In this document: positions 26,817 to 35,235 of the stretch, piece by piece
Numbering within the stretch: the first letter of the stretch is position 1
How the letters are laid out: each line of letters opens with the position of its first letter
NCBI GenBank assembly: GCA_937922805.1
Contig: CALAJV010000008.1
Span: 15,475-79,474 of the forward strand
Source: an uncultured Acidimicrobiales bacterium
GTDB lineage: Bacteria > Actinomycetota > Acidimicrobiia > Acidimicrobiales > SZUA-35
Direction: 5' to 3'
Length of the DNA stretch: 64,000 nt
Position numbers and translations under genes: made by a program
Notes under the pieces: generated by a model
Database searches by the model: none
The model's input: the letters and a program-made list of their open reading frames with translations, nothing else
Told to the model about the DNA's origin: nothing

Positions 26817-27899
26817 TTACTGTTGAAGCGTCCACGGGGCCGAGAACCCAGCCCCGGCCACATACGACGGATTGCACTCGTGTAGCGAAAGGTGCAGGTG
26901 GGTTCTGAGCGAGTTGCCAGTGTTACCTTGCAAACCCAACACAGTTCCGGCCTCCACCGGATCACCAGCAGCAACCGCGATCGAGTTGGTATCGAAGTGC
27001 CCATACAGCCAACACTGACTAGTCGAACTATCGCGGACCACAACCATCTCTCCCCAACCACCGTTGGGCTCCCCGACAGGGTCGAAATCAGCCCAGACAA
27101 CCACACCATCACAGGTCGCCACAATAGGAGTTCGGTGAGGGGCAACTAGATCGTAGGCGAATTCGTTCCACTCGTTGTTGTGGGTATACGTTCCTCCCGG
27201 CCGCTGAATAATCCGGTAGTCGACGTCGCCGTAGGGGTTAACATGCACAGCCCCGCCGCACATCTCAACCTCCGGCTTGGTGGTGGAAGGACTCGATACC
27301 GTCGGTTGGACTGTGGAGGGTTTCGTCGCCACCGGAACCGTGACCGTTGATTCAACGGTCGACTCGGTTGTTCCAGTGGCTACCGTACTCGCACTCGTTG
27401 GTTCGGTCGTTTCAGTGGCCGCCGAGGTCGCGACCGTGGATTCTCCTCCGGCTGGTTCCGCAGTGGTACTTGACGCTGTCGCAGTAGGCGGCGTTGTAGC
27501 TGATGCGGTTGTAGCTGACCGAGTTGTGGTTGGTGGGCTTGTGGTCGGTGGGCTTGTGGTCGTCGACTTTGTGGCGACGGATTTTGCCGTTGGCGGGATT
27601 ATCACCGTTAGTATTTGGGCTCGTTTGTCTAGTGGCTCTATCGTCGTCGGGTTGGTCGTCGACAGACGAGCAAAGGGTGCGCTACTTGTCGAACTGTCGC
27701 TCGCTTCCGGTGTCTCACCTGCGTCGGCCGACGCTGAAATATCTGGTGCGTTCCCAACGCCGCCGCTAGTGGCAATGTTGTTCGAACCCGACACCATCCA
27801 AATGCCGAAGAGCGAAAACGCTACCAATCCGCCGAGCAGAAAAACAGACACTCCGATCGCCTGAATTATCCTGCGTTCAGGCGATCTCAAATCAGCCAT
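26817..27899 (-). CDS. Membrane-anchored M23 (LytM-type) metallopeptidase
   Basis: N-terminal TM helix, a Thr/Pro/Ser linker ('TTTSPPTTSPPTTT'), and a C-terminal M23 core 'LYGHFD...GTVLGLQGNTGNSLRTHLHLSLHE'. Confidence 0.85.
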   Translation of the reverse strand: MADLRSPERRIIQAIGVSVFLLGGLVAFSLFGIWMVSGSNNIATSGGVGNAPDISASADAGETPEASDSSTSSAPFARLSTTNPTTIEPLDKRAQILTVIIPPTAKSVATKSTTTSPPTTSPPTTTRSATTASATTPPTATASSTTAEPAGGESTVATSAATETTEPTSASTVATGTTESTVESTVTVPVATKPSTVQPTVSSPSTTKPEVEMCGGAVHVNPYGDVDYRIIQRPGGTYTHNNEWNEFAYDLVAPHRTPIVATCDGVVVWADFDPVGEPNGGWGEMVVVRDSSTSQCWLYGHFDTNSIAVAAGDPVEAGTVLGLQGNTGNSLRTHLHLSLHECNPSYVAGAGFSAPWTLQQ

Positions 27900-28121
27900 C
27901 TTGGTTCTGGCTGCTCGGAATGGTTGGCAGTTACTGGTAGCGGCATGTAACCAACTTCTAGATGATGCCGACTCTGACAGAGCCAGCCCGTGTTGGTTAC
28001 TCGTTTGAGAAGCAGCGCGAAGGGGACACGAAAAGAACTTTTTCTTAGACCAAGTCCGGTTTTAGCTAACTAAGAGCACTAGCAGCACCAATCGGGATAG
28101 CCATTTGCCCCCGAATTGTGA

Positions 28122-30131
28122 CTACTGAACCGTTCCGAAGCATTGCCAACCTTGAGGGCTACCTGAAATCCACTCACATTGGTGGCCGAGGTTTTGATCG
28201 TCCCAAGCGATGCCGCATCCGCCTTGATCGACTGGTTTAGCAAAATCTTGCCGAGCTTGGTCGAGGTTGACGCCTGCCACCACCCGGCTTCGACAAACGG
28301 AACCCTCAGGTTGCGAACCCGATTGACCAACTGGCTTCGTTTCGGCTGCAGCGTTTCGAGCTTCCAGAGTGTCGTTGCTTTGATCGTTCTGTAACTGCAC
28401 TTGCTGGGGTTGATCAACATCGCTCTGACTGAAAGGTGGATCGACCGCCGGCCTCGGAGTCGTTTGTGGATTTGGCTGCCGGGGACGGTTGGGCTGCGCC
28501 CCGAAACACTGCCACCCTGCAGTTGGCTCGTCAACCCATCGGCATTGGTGGCCGAGCTGATCGTCCCATGCCATGCCGCACCCACCTTCAGCTATCGGAG
28601 TCTCGAACGCCTGTTTAGCGTTGCCGGTACCCGAACCAGCGGCGATCGGCCCGAAGCACGTGTTGCCAGTGGTCTCTTGAGGAGCGTCTTGTTGCCCGTA
28701 CGCCTCAATGAGGTTACTTACTCCAGCGGCCGGTAACGCTGCTTCCGAACAGCTTTGGGGTTCACGGTCCGACGCCGACGCTAACGATTCTTGCTGCCAA
28801 CATTCGTTGTTAACAGGCCGTTGCACAACCGTCACTGCCTTACCTGGAGCAACGTAGAGCAGACGATTAGGAGATCCTTGAAGACCGTGCAGTGCATTTG
28901 TCGTAGCGTTCGATAGCAGATGCGAGCGCACAGCGTCTGGAGACGCCGCTGGGTTTTTCGCCAAATAGATGGCTGCTGCTCCGGCTACGTACGGTGCAGC
29001 TAACGACGTACCGCTCGCAAATCGATGTCCGCCGGTATGGGCAGCGATTTTGATCTGCACCCCTGGGGCCAAAATATCAACGCATTTACCGTAGTTGCTG
29101 AACGAGGCCTGCGTATCGCCCCAATCGGTTGCGCCCACAGAAATCGTTGGGCCGAAGCTTGCCGGATTGCTGCACGGACTCGTTCCGTCATTCCCCGATG
29201 CGGCAACTACAGTCACGCCAGCATCGGTCACTCGCTCCACCGCTTCGTAGTAATGGTAGATGACATGATCAGTAGTCAGCGGATTCGGAATTTGGCCTCT
29301 ATCTCCGAAACTCAGGTTCAGAACTGCCGGTCCAGTGTTGTTTTTAGCTACCCAATCTAGAGCGGTCATAACAGCAGAGAACGCAAACTGGGAGCCGCAA
29401 TCACCAATCCTGAGCGAATAGATTGACGCTTCGTTGGCAACACCAACACTTTGACCAGCTGCTGCGCTAGCAACAGCAGTTCCATGGCCTTGGCAATCAT
29501 CCAGCGGATCATGTTGGCTTCCGACGAAGCTTGTTCCGCCAACGACTCGACCGCTCAGTTCTGGGTGGTGTTGGTTGACGCCACTATCCATTACGTAGAT
29601 CTTTATCCCATTACCATTTCCATTGGGGTTGAATGAACGATCAGTGTCGACCGTTCGCTGATCGATTCGGTCGAGGCTCCATGGAACCGGCGGACTTTGG
29701 GGCCAGGCACCGTCAGCTTGGCCGGATGGAACATTTGGAATCCGAACATAAAAGTCTTCGACGACTAGTTCGACGTTCGGGTCTCGCCGAACTTGGGCCA
29801 GCTGGTTGTTGTCGAGAGCGGCTGAGTAACCAAGTTGGCTGCTGGAAAGAGGACGAAGCCCAAGGCCTGCTCTATCAATTTGGTTCGAAGTGCCGTCCCG
29901 GTAAAACACTAGGTACGAGCCGGGAACGGCGTTGCCATTAGCCCGTTGCACCGGAGCTAGATCAGACTCGTCAGCCTCGGCACCAACGGATTGGTAGGCG
30001 ACAAAGGCCAAAACCAGTGCACCGACAACCGAAACAAGTTTGACGAAACTACGTAACCGACTGTCCGTACGTCGCATTTCAGAAACCCAACCCTCTAGCT
30101 CGAGGTGACCGTTTAGCCACCTTTTCCTCAC
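28122..30131 (-). CDS. Secreted subtilisin-like serine protease (S8) with I9 propeptide and two C-terminal Cys/Trp modules
   Basis: Catalytic triad blocks 'IYVMDSGV', 'GHGTAVASAAAG' and 'GTSLAAPYVAGAAAIY'. The likely start is the ATG at 30077 ('MRRTDSRLRSFVKLVSVVGALVLAFVAYQSVGA'). The C-terminus carries a duplicated ~40-aa module 'GGCG(M/I)AWDDQ..GHQC.W......GWQCFG'. Confidence 0.9.
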   Translation of the reverse strand: MRKRWLNGHLELEGWVSEMRRTDSRLRSFVKLVSVVGALVLAFVAYQSVGAEADESDLAPVQRANGNAVPGSYLVFYRDGTSNQIDRAGLGLRPLSSSQLGYSAALDNNQLAQVRRDPNVELVVEDFYVRIPNVPSGQADGAWPQSPPVPWSLDRIDQRTVDTDRSFNPNGNGNGIKIYVMDSGVNQHHPELSGRVVGGTSFVGSQHDPLDDCQGHGTAVASAAAGQSVGVANEASIYSLRIGDCGSQFAFSAVMTALDWVAKNNTGPAVLNLSFGDRGQIPNPLTTDHVIYHYYEAVERVTDAGVTVVAASGNDGTSPCSNPASFGPTISVGATDWGDTQASFSNYGKCVDILAPGVQIKIAAHTGGHRFASGTSLAAPYVAGAAAIYLAKNPAASPDAVRSHLLSNATTNALHGLQGSPNRLLYVAPGKAVTVVQRPVNNECWQQESLASASDREPQSCSEAALPAAGVSNLIEAYGQQDAPQETTGNTCFGPIAAGSGTGNAKQAFETPIAEGGCGMAWDDQLGHQCRWVDEPTAGWQCFGAQPNRPRQPNPQTTPRPAVDPPFSQSDVDQPQQVQLQNDQSNDTLEARNAAAETKPVGQSGSQPEGSVCRSRVVAGVNLDQARQDFAKPVDQGGCGIAWDDQNLGHQCEWISGSPQGWQCFGTVQ

Positions 30132-30240
30132 CTCCTAACTCGAACGACGAGGCCGCAACGGGGGACAAAAACGAAGCCAGGGGCGTGTGTCAAGAGAATC
30201 CCGATACGGGGCAGACAACAGGACTGATATCATAGTAACC

Positions 30241-30741
30241 ATGGTTTCACAGCCAAAGCGGCGGTCCGACGTTCAGAAACGAGAGTGGGCGTTGCTGAGC
30301 TACCGGATTCCTCGTCAACCTTCAACGCCACGTATCGCCGTTTGGCGGCGGCTTAAAGAACTCGGTGTTGTCCAAATCGGAGATGGAATGGTTGCCCTTC
30401 CTGGCGATGCCCGGTGCCGGGAACAGCTTGAATGGGTTTCGGTCAGTGTTGAAGAAGCCGGTGGTGAGGCGCTGGTCTGGCAGGCCACGCTCGCCCGCCG
30501 CAGCAACGATGCCGATCTTGTCCAGCGAATGCGGGATGCTCGCACCGACGAATACCATGCCCTACTCGACGAAATCGACGCTGATCAAGAAGGGGCCGGG
30601 CCCCGCACCGTCGCCAGGTGGCGGAGAGAATGGCGCAAAATCGATCGCCGCGACTATTTCCGAGCCCCCGGCCGAGACGAAGCGAAACAAGCTATCGCCG
30701 ACGTTGTTGAATCACCAGACCGAATCGAAGCCGACAAATGA
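30241..30741 (+). CDS. chrB: ChrB N-terminal-domain protein (chromate resistance regulator-like)
   Basis: 'WALLSYRIPRQPSTPRIAVWRRLKELGVVQIGDGMVALP' matches the ChrB_N pattern. The stop overlaps the next start (ATGA at 30738-30741). Confidence 0.7.
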   Translation: MVSQPKRRSDVQKREWALLSYRIPRQPSTPRIAVWRRLKELGVVQIGDGMVALPGDARCREQLEWVSVSVEEAGGEALVWQATLARRSNDADLVQRMRDARTDEYHALLDEIDADQEGAGPRTVARWRREWRKIDRRDYFRAPGRDEAKQAIADVVESPDRIEADK

Positions 30742-31178
30742 TCTGGGCCACCCGACCTGGCATCCACATCGACCGTGCCGCATCAGCGTGGCTGATAACC
30801 ACATATGTGGATGACGATGCTGAGTTTGTCTACATACATGACGTGGAAGATCTACCTGTCGGAGCGACAGCGTTCGACATGTTGGGCTGCGACTTAACCC
30901 ACCACGGCAGCGACGTAACCTTCGAAACGATCCTGCGACGATACGAGTTGCACGATCCGGTCTTGTGGCAGATCGCTGAGATTGTTCACCAGGCCGATGT
31001 TGAGGACGACAAATACGACGCGCCAGAAGCGGCAGGTTTCGACACCCTTATTCGTGCGCTCAGCGATAGCCACGACGACGAGACCGTCCGCACTCTAAGC
31101 GCCACGCTCTTCGACAGCCTGTATAGCTACTTCCGCCAAGATGCTGTCAGCGACGGGCCGATACCATCAAGCCGTTGA
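30738..31178 (+). CDS. ChrB C-terminal-domain (Chrome_Resist) protein
   Basis: 'WATRPGIHIDRAASAWLITTYVDDDAEFVY...FDM...HHGSDVTFETILRRYELHDPVL' matches the ChrB C-terminal domain pattern. Confidence 0.7.
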   Translation: MIWATRPGIHIDRAASAWLITTYVDDDAEFVYIHDVEDLPVGATAFDMLGCDLTHHGSDVTFETILRRYELHDPVLWQIAEIVHQADVEDDKYDAPEAAGFDTLIRALSDSHDDETVRTLSATLFDSLYSYFRQDAVSDGPIPSSR

Positions 31179-31193
31179 GGCCTGGGTGTCCGG

Positions 31194-31844
31194 GTGACGA
31201 ATCCGGGTATCCTGACCAATGTGAGCGGGATTCATCGAGCAGTGCGGGCCGGAACAGTAGCAGTCGTCTTGGCTAGCCTCGGGTTGGCTTGTTCGAGCAG
31301 CGACGACGAATTGTTAGAAGCTACAGCTACCTCAGTTGAAGCGACGACATCCGCCAGCATCGCCGAACCGACAACGACGGCTGAAGCCACCACGTCGACT
31401 GTCTCGTCAGCGGAGCAAGAAGAAGCCGCAGCGAAAGCCGAGATCGAGGAAGTAGTTACGTCGTGGTTGACCTTCCCGTACGACTCAGCCAAGGGTGAAG
31501 ATGGCCTCCCGCTGGAGCATGTGACCGGGCTCCTCCGAGAACGCATTCTGGGCAATCTGCAACAGCTCGAACAAGACGGCCAGATTCGACGTAGCCGAGG
31601 GAACGATCAGGTTGACGTGCTATCAATAGAGCTCGATGCAGCTGGCGGTACCGCCGAGGTTAAAACTTGCGGTGTGGGCGACAACGAGTTCGTTGATGCC
31701 GCAACTGGCGAGGTGGTTCTCACCGATGATCCCCGACCCTCTGTAGCCACGGTAATGATGACTCTGACCGATGACGGTTGGAAAGCCGCAGATTTCTTTG
31801 CCACGTTGGCAACCGAGAATCCGGAATTCTGCACGTTAACGTAA
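31194..31844 (+). CDS. Putative lipoprotein (cassette copy B, gene 1)
   Basis: 'VAVVLASLGLACSSSDD' lipobox, Thr/Ser/Ala linker, 'AKAEIEE' helix and a C-terminal Cys. The layout is the same as 22310-23002. Confidence 0.6.
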   Translation: MTNPGILTNVSGIHRAVRAGTVAVVLASLGLACSSSDDELLEATATSVEATTSASIAEPTTTAEATTSTVSSAEQEEAAAKAEIEEVVTSWLTFPYDSAKGEDGLPLEHVTGLLRERILGNLQQLEQDGQIRRSRGNDQVDVLSIELDAAGGTAEVKTCGVGDNEFVDAATGEVVLTDDPRPSVATVMMTLTDDGWKAADFFATLATENPEFCTLT

Positions 31845-31875
31845 ACGAACTGACCGAGACACAAGGCGGAGGTCG

Positions 31876-32772
31876 ATGGCGGGAACTACACAGCGAACGC
31901 TGCGATTGAGACTGATGTATGCCTCAGTCGTTGTCCTTGTCGGGCTAGGTTTCGTGGCGGGCTCAGCCCACCCGGCCCAAGGCGATAGCCACCAGTGCGG
32001 CTCGTATTGCACCGAAACCAACCCGACCGATCCTGCCGTTGTGGTCAATCCGAGGGTCGTCGTTCCCGGCGGCAGCACCGACGATGCACCGCGTGATGTC
32101 GGCGAAAGCCCCTACGGACCGAACTGCAATTTTTTCAAGGCGTTAGCCGGAGAAACCCACTATCTACACCCGATAGCTGGAGCGTGGGAAGTTACGTTCA
32201 CCGAAGACCATTGGTTGGTTTGGTGCTACCCCCAAACCGTCGTCTACGCCTACTTCCCCGTTGGTGATCCACCACCAGCGGTAATCGTTGACGACCTAAT
32301 ACTGGACGCTTACGACCGAACTCCTCTGACGTTCTTCTACCCCCAAATGTCGCCGGAAGGCACGGCCAACATCCCGAACCTTTCGCAAATCGAAACCTAT
32401 CTGTGGGTCGAAGAAGCCCTGTGGGACAACCCAGCAGTAGCGACCGCCGAAATACCAGGCATGTTAGAAGTAACCGTCACAGCCCAAGCCGTCGACGCAA
32501 CGTGGGTCGGCACCGCCGAACCGAACACGATTGTGTGCACCGATCACGGCCAGCCCTATCAGCCAGGCGCCGCCACCCAAGACGACACGTGCTCAGTTGT
32601 GTTCCGCCAGACAACAACCCCCAGCTTCACGAACGAAATGACCGTAACCGTCCGCTGGGAAGTCAACTGGACATGCACTCCTGGTTGTGGCGGCGGTCCA
32701 CTACCTGACCTGGAAACCGTTACCACGAGAGAAGTGGTGGTCGGCGAAATCCAAGCGGTAGGCAACGACTAG
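31876..32772 (+). CDS. Secreted hypothetical protein (cassette copy B, gene 2)
   Basis: Signal peptide 'MYASVVVLVGLGFVAGSAHPAQG'. The C-terminal half parallels 22990-23850 ('TIVCTDHGQPY...DDTCSVVFRQ...VTVRWEV...REVVVGEIQA'). Confidence 0.6.
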   Translation: MAGTTQRTLRLRLMYASVVVLVGLGFVAGSAHPAQGDSHQCGSYCTETNPTDPAVVVNPRVVVPGGSTDDAPRDVGESPYGPNCNFFKALAGETHYLHPIAGAWEVTFTEDHWLVWCYPQTVVYAYFPVGDPPPAVIVDDLILDAYDRTPLTFFYPQMSPEGTANIPNLSQIETYLWVEEALWDNPAVATAEIPGMLEVTVTAQAVDATWVGTAEPNTIVCTDHGQPYQPGAATQDDTCSVVFRQTTTPSFTNEMTVTVRWEVNWTCTPGCGGGPLPDLETVTTREVVVGEIQAVGND

Positions 32773-33072
32773 CCTCACCACAGGCCACCTAGTTACTAGC
32801 GGTTTACATAACCGACACTGAACCGCTCCAATCTGGGATCTCAGGTCTCGGTCGACCGCCATCGGATCGGCTGTATCAGGCTTCGCTAGTCGTTCGGCAA
32901 TGGCGCGTTACCAGTGTCCGTGAAGATCAATCTGGTCGAGGCGCTCGGGGCCTGTACGTGATGCCGTCAGGAGATTTCGAAAAAGGTGAGAATTTTCTCA
33001 AGAAGTCGGGAACTTTTCCGGGTTTGGCTGCGACTAAGGGCTGTTGCCCCCAAACGACGAAGGAAAGCAAAA

Positions 33073-35037
33073 ATGAAGTTTCGAGTTCCGACCACCAGAG
33101 TCACCATCTTTATCGTGGTTGCGCTCGCCTTGTTTAGTACCCCAGCCGTCGCTTGGGCGCTGACTTCGCCGAAGACAACCGTCAAGTTCCCCGCTGAATC
33201 AGCGGAAGTTCATGGCCGACTTCAGGTCGGCGGCACCGCCAACCACCAAGTCGGGGTCGCAGGTATCCGACTCGTACTTCGCAACCTTGATGACAACACC
33301 TACTTCGACGGAAAAACCTGGCAGGACTCTTTCATCAGGTTCGACATTCCAGTTCACAGCCCGGGCGAAACCAAAACCCGTTGGAGCTATTCACTTTCCG
33401 CTAGCAAACTCAAACCTGGCAACTATCGGGCTCGAGCCTTCGCCTACAGCGTTGAAGGTAACGGCGACGGCTTTGGTGGGGACTGGAACGAGTTCACCTA
33501 TCTTGGCCGCTTCAACCCTGCCCTCTACGACACCGAAATCTCTTCTCCATCCGACGGTCAAACTATTTCCGGCCCCATCTCAGTGACCGGCGTCGCCCAC
33601 TCCACCGAGGGCGTCAAATCAGTACGAGTTGTTGTTCGCAACACTGAGACAAACCACTACTGGAACTCGACCAGCGCTGGCTGGCAATCAACCTTCGTCA
33701 CCGTTCAAGCCGAACTAACTGAACCCGGTGGAACTAGTACTAACTGGACAGTGGACATTCCCGCAGATCAGGTAGCACCGGGAACCTATTTCACCCGGGC
33801 CTGGGTTCGCACCGCTGAAGGCCACGGCGACCCGATAGGTCGGGGTCAATCGGCGTTCACCGTGAACGCAGCTGAGGCCCCCATGGTCGTTCAACCGAAG
33901 GCCGAACCTGATCCAATCGCCGTCGACCCGAGCGTCACCGTCGGCGAACCAGTGCCAGATCCAACCACGACCGAACCAACCGCAACCACCGCAAAACCAA
34001 CCACAAAACCAAAGGCAACCCCGGCCACCATCGGATCAACTACAACCACCGCAAAACCAACCACAAAACCAAAGGCAACGCCAGCCACCATCAAGCCAAC
34101 CACAACTACCGCAAAACCAACCACCATCAAGCCAACCACAACCACCATCAAGCCAACCACAACCACCGCAAAACCAACCACTTCAGCCCCGTCGACGTCA
34201 GCTAAGCGCCAACCGTTCGGACAGGGAAACGTTAGTTGGGAACTCGTTGCCTCCGACGATTTCAATGGCAACAAGCTCGACGACAACATGTGGGAATACG
34301 GTTGGTTTAGATCGGCGAGCAACAGCAAATACGATCGACCAGTCAGCGGCGGCGAAACTGCCTGCTACCACACTGACCAAGTGACGTTGGCCGGCGGCGA
34401 ACTCAACCTGACGATGCGACCAACAACGGCGGAAGAGAACGCCTCGGGAGTTTGCAGGAAGAGAGACGGATCAAAAGCCTATTTCGTATCTGGCTACGCT
34501 ACCACCTACAAGAGGTACCAGATTCAGCCGGGAACCTACGTTGAAACTCGCATGCTGATGCCCGGCCAAGGAAATGTTCTGTACAACTGGCCAGCATTCT
34601 GGTCGACCGACATGGACAAGGCCTTCGGCAGCAGGTGGCCCCACAGCGGAGAATTCGATATAGCCGAAATTCTAAAGGGCCAGCCGTGCGCCAACTTCCA
34701 CTACGCAACGTCAGCGGGCGGGCCACACTTGCAAACAGGTAAGCGCTGCTCGACTGTAGCCGCCAACAAGTGGGCGGTGTTCGGAATGAAATGGAACTAC
34801 GACGGCACAGTCGAAATGTTCCATCAGGGCCAGCGGGTACAAGATCGAGGTGACAAAGGAATTTGGAACCTCGACCCGGTTGAGCTTGCAGGCTCGTTTG
34901 CTACCGATTACTCGCACAACATAGCGCTGCAGCATGGCCTTCACGATCCTGCTCATGTCGGATACAAAGAGCCAACTGCGGCAAACCCTCTGACTGTCAA
35001 GTTCGACTATGTAGACGTCTACAAACTCCCGAGGTAG
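33073..35037 (+). CDS. Secreted GH16-family beta-glucanase with two N-terminal Ig-like domains and Thr/Pro/Lys repeat linker
   Basis: ATG at 33073 preceded by aggaaag. Signal peptide 'IFIVVALALFSTPAVAWA'. Two ~100-aa beta-sandwich repeats. Tandem linker 'TTTAKPTTKPKATPATI'. GH16 catalytic block 'WPAFWSTD...WPHSGEFDIAE' (ExDxxE). Confidence 0.85.
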   Translation: MKFRVPTTRVTIFIVVALALFSTPAVAWALTSPKTTVKFPAESAEVHGRLQVGGTANHQVGVAGIRLVLRNLDDNTYFDGKTWQDSFIRFDIPVHSPGETKTRWSYSLSASKLKPGNYRARAFAYSVEGNGDGFGGDWNEFTYLGRFNPALYDTEISSPSDGQTISGPISVTGVAHSTEGVKSVRVVVRNTETNHYWNSTSAGWQSTFVTVQAELTEPGGTSTNWTVDIPADQVAPGTYFTRAWVRTAEGHGDPIGRGQSAFTVNAAEAPMVVQPKAEPDPIAVDPSVTVGEPVPDPTTTEPTATTAKPTTKPKATPATIGSTTTTAKPTTKPKATPATIKPTTTTAKPTTIKPTTTTIKPTTTTAKPTTSAPSTSAKRQPFGQGNVSWELVASDDFNGNKLDDNMWEYGWFRSASNSKYDRPVSGGETACYHTDQVTLAGGELNLTMRPTTAEENASGVCRKRDGSKAYFVSGYATTYKRYQIQPGTYVETRMLMPGQGNVLYNWPAFWSTDMDKAFGSRWPHSGEFDIAEILKGQPCANFHYATSAGGPHLQTGKRCSTVAANKWAVFGMKWNYDGTVEMFHQGQRVQDRGDKGIWNLDPVELAGSFATDYSHNIALQHGLHDPAHVGYKEPTAANPLTVKFDYVDVYKLPR

Positions 35038-35235
35038 TCAAAGCACACGATGCTCGAGAGTTGCGACGGCTCGATGAGCCTTTGAATATGGTGCTGGGTC
35101 GACCGTAAATGTTCGGCTCAGCACCGAAGTCAAAATTTTCTTGAATCCTCGGTCAGGAATCGGTCGAGTTAGGCGTCAAAGGTCTAGACATCTCTCTATT
35201 TCCCGCTGAGATGTTCTAGACGGAGCTGATTCACA

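Noticed and set aside
27900-28121. 222-bp leader upstream of the M23 peptidase gene, checked for a ydaO/c-di-AMP-type riboswitch, which is common upstream of actinobacterial cell-wall hydrolases.
   Set aside because: No recognisable conserved ydaO core sequences or pseudo-symmetric helices were found by eye. A covariance-model scan (Rfam) would be decisive.
28079-28585. 168-aa minus-strand ORF overlapping the 3' end of the S8 protease gene in another frame.
   Set aside because: The S8 frame carries a clear duplicated Cys/Trp module through this region. The alternative frame has no features and runs past the S8 stop without a plausible start context.
33960-34200. Regular DNA repeats, considered as a possible CRISPR array. 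The same question applied to 14394-14530, 39650-39860 and 49018-49150.
   Set aside because: All are in-frame tandem coding repeats (Thr/Pro/Lys, acidic, or Thr/Arg linkers) without unique spacers or cas genes. The window has no CRISPR array.
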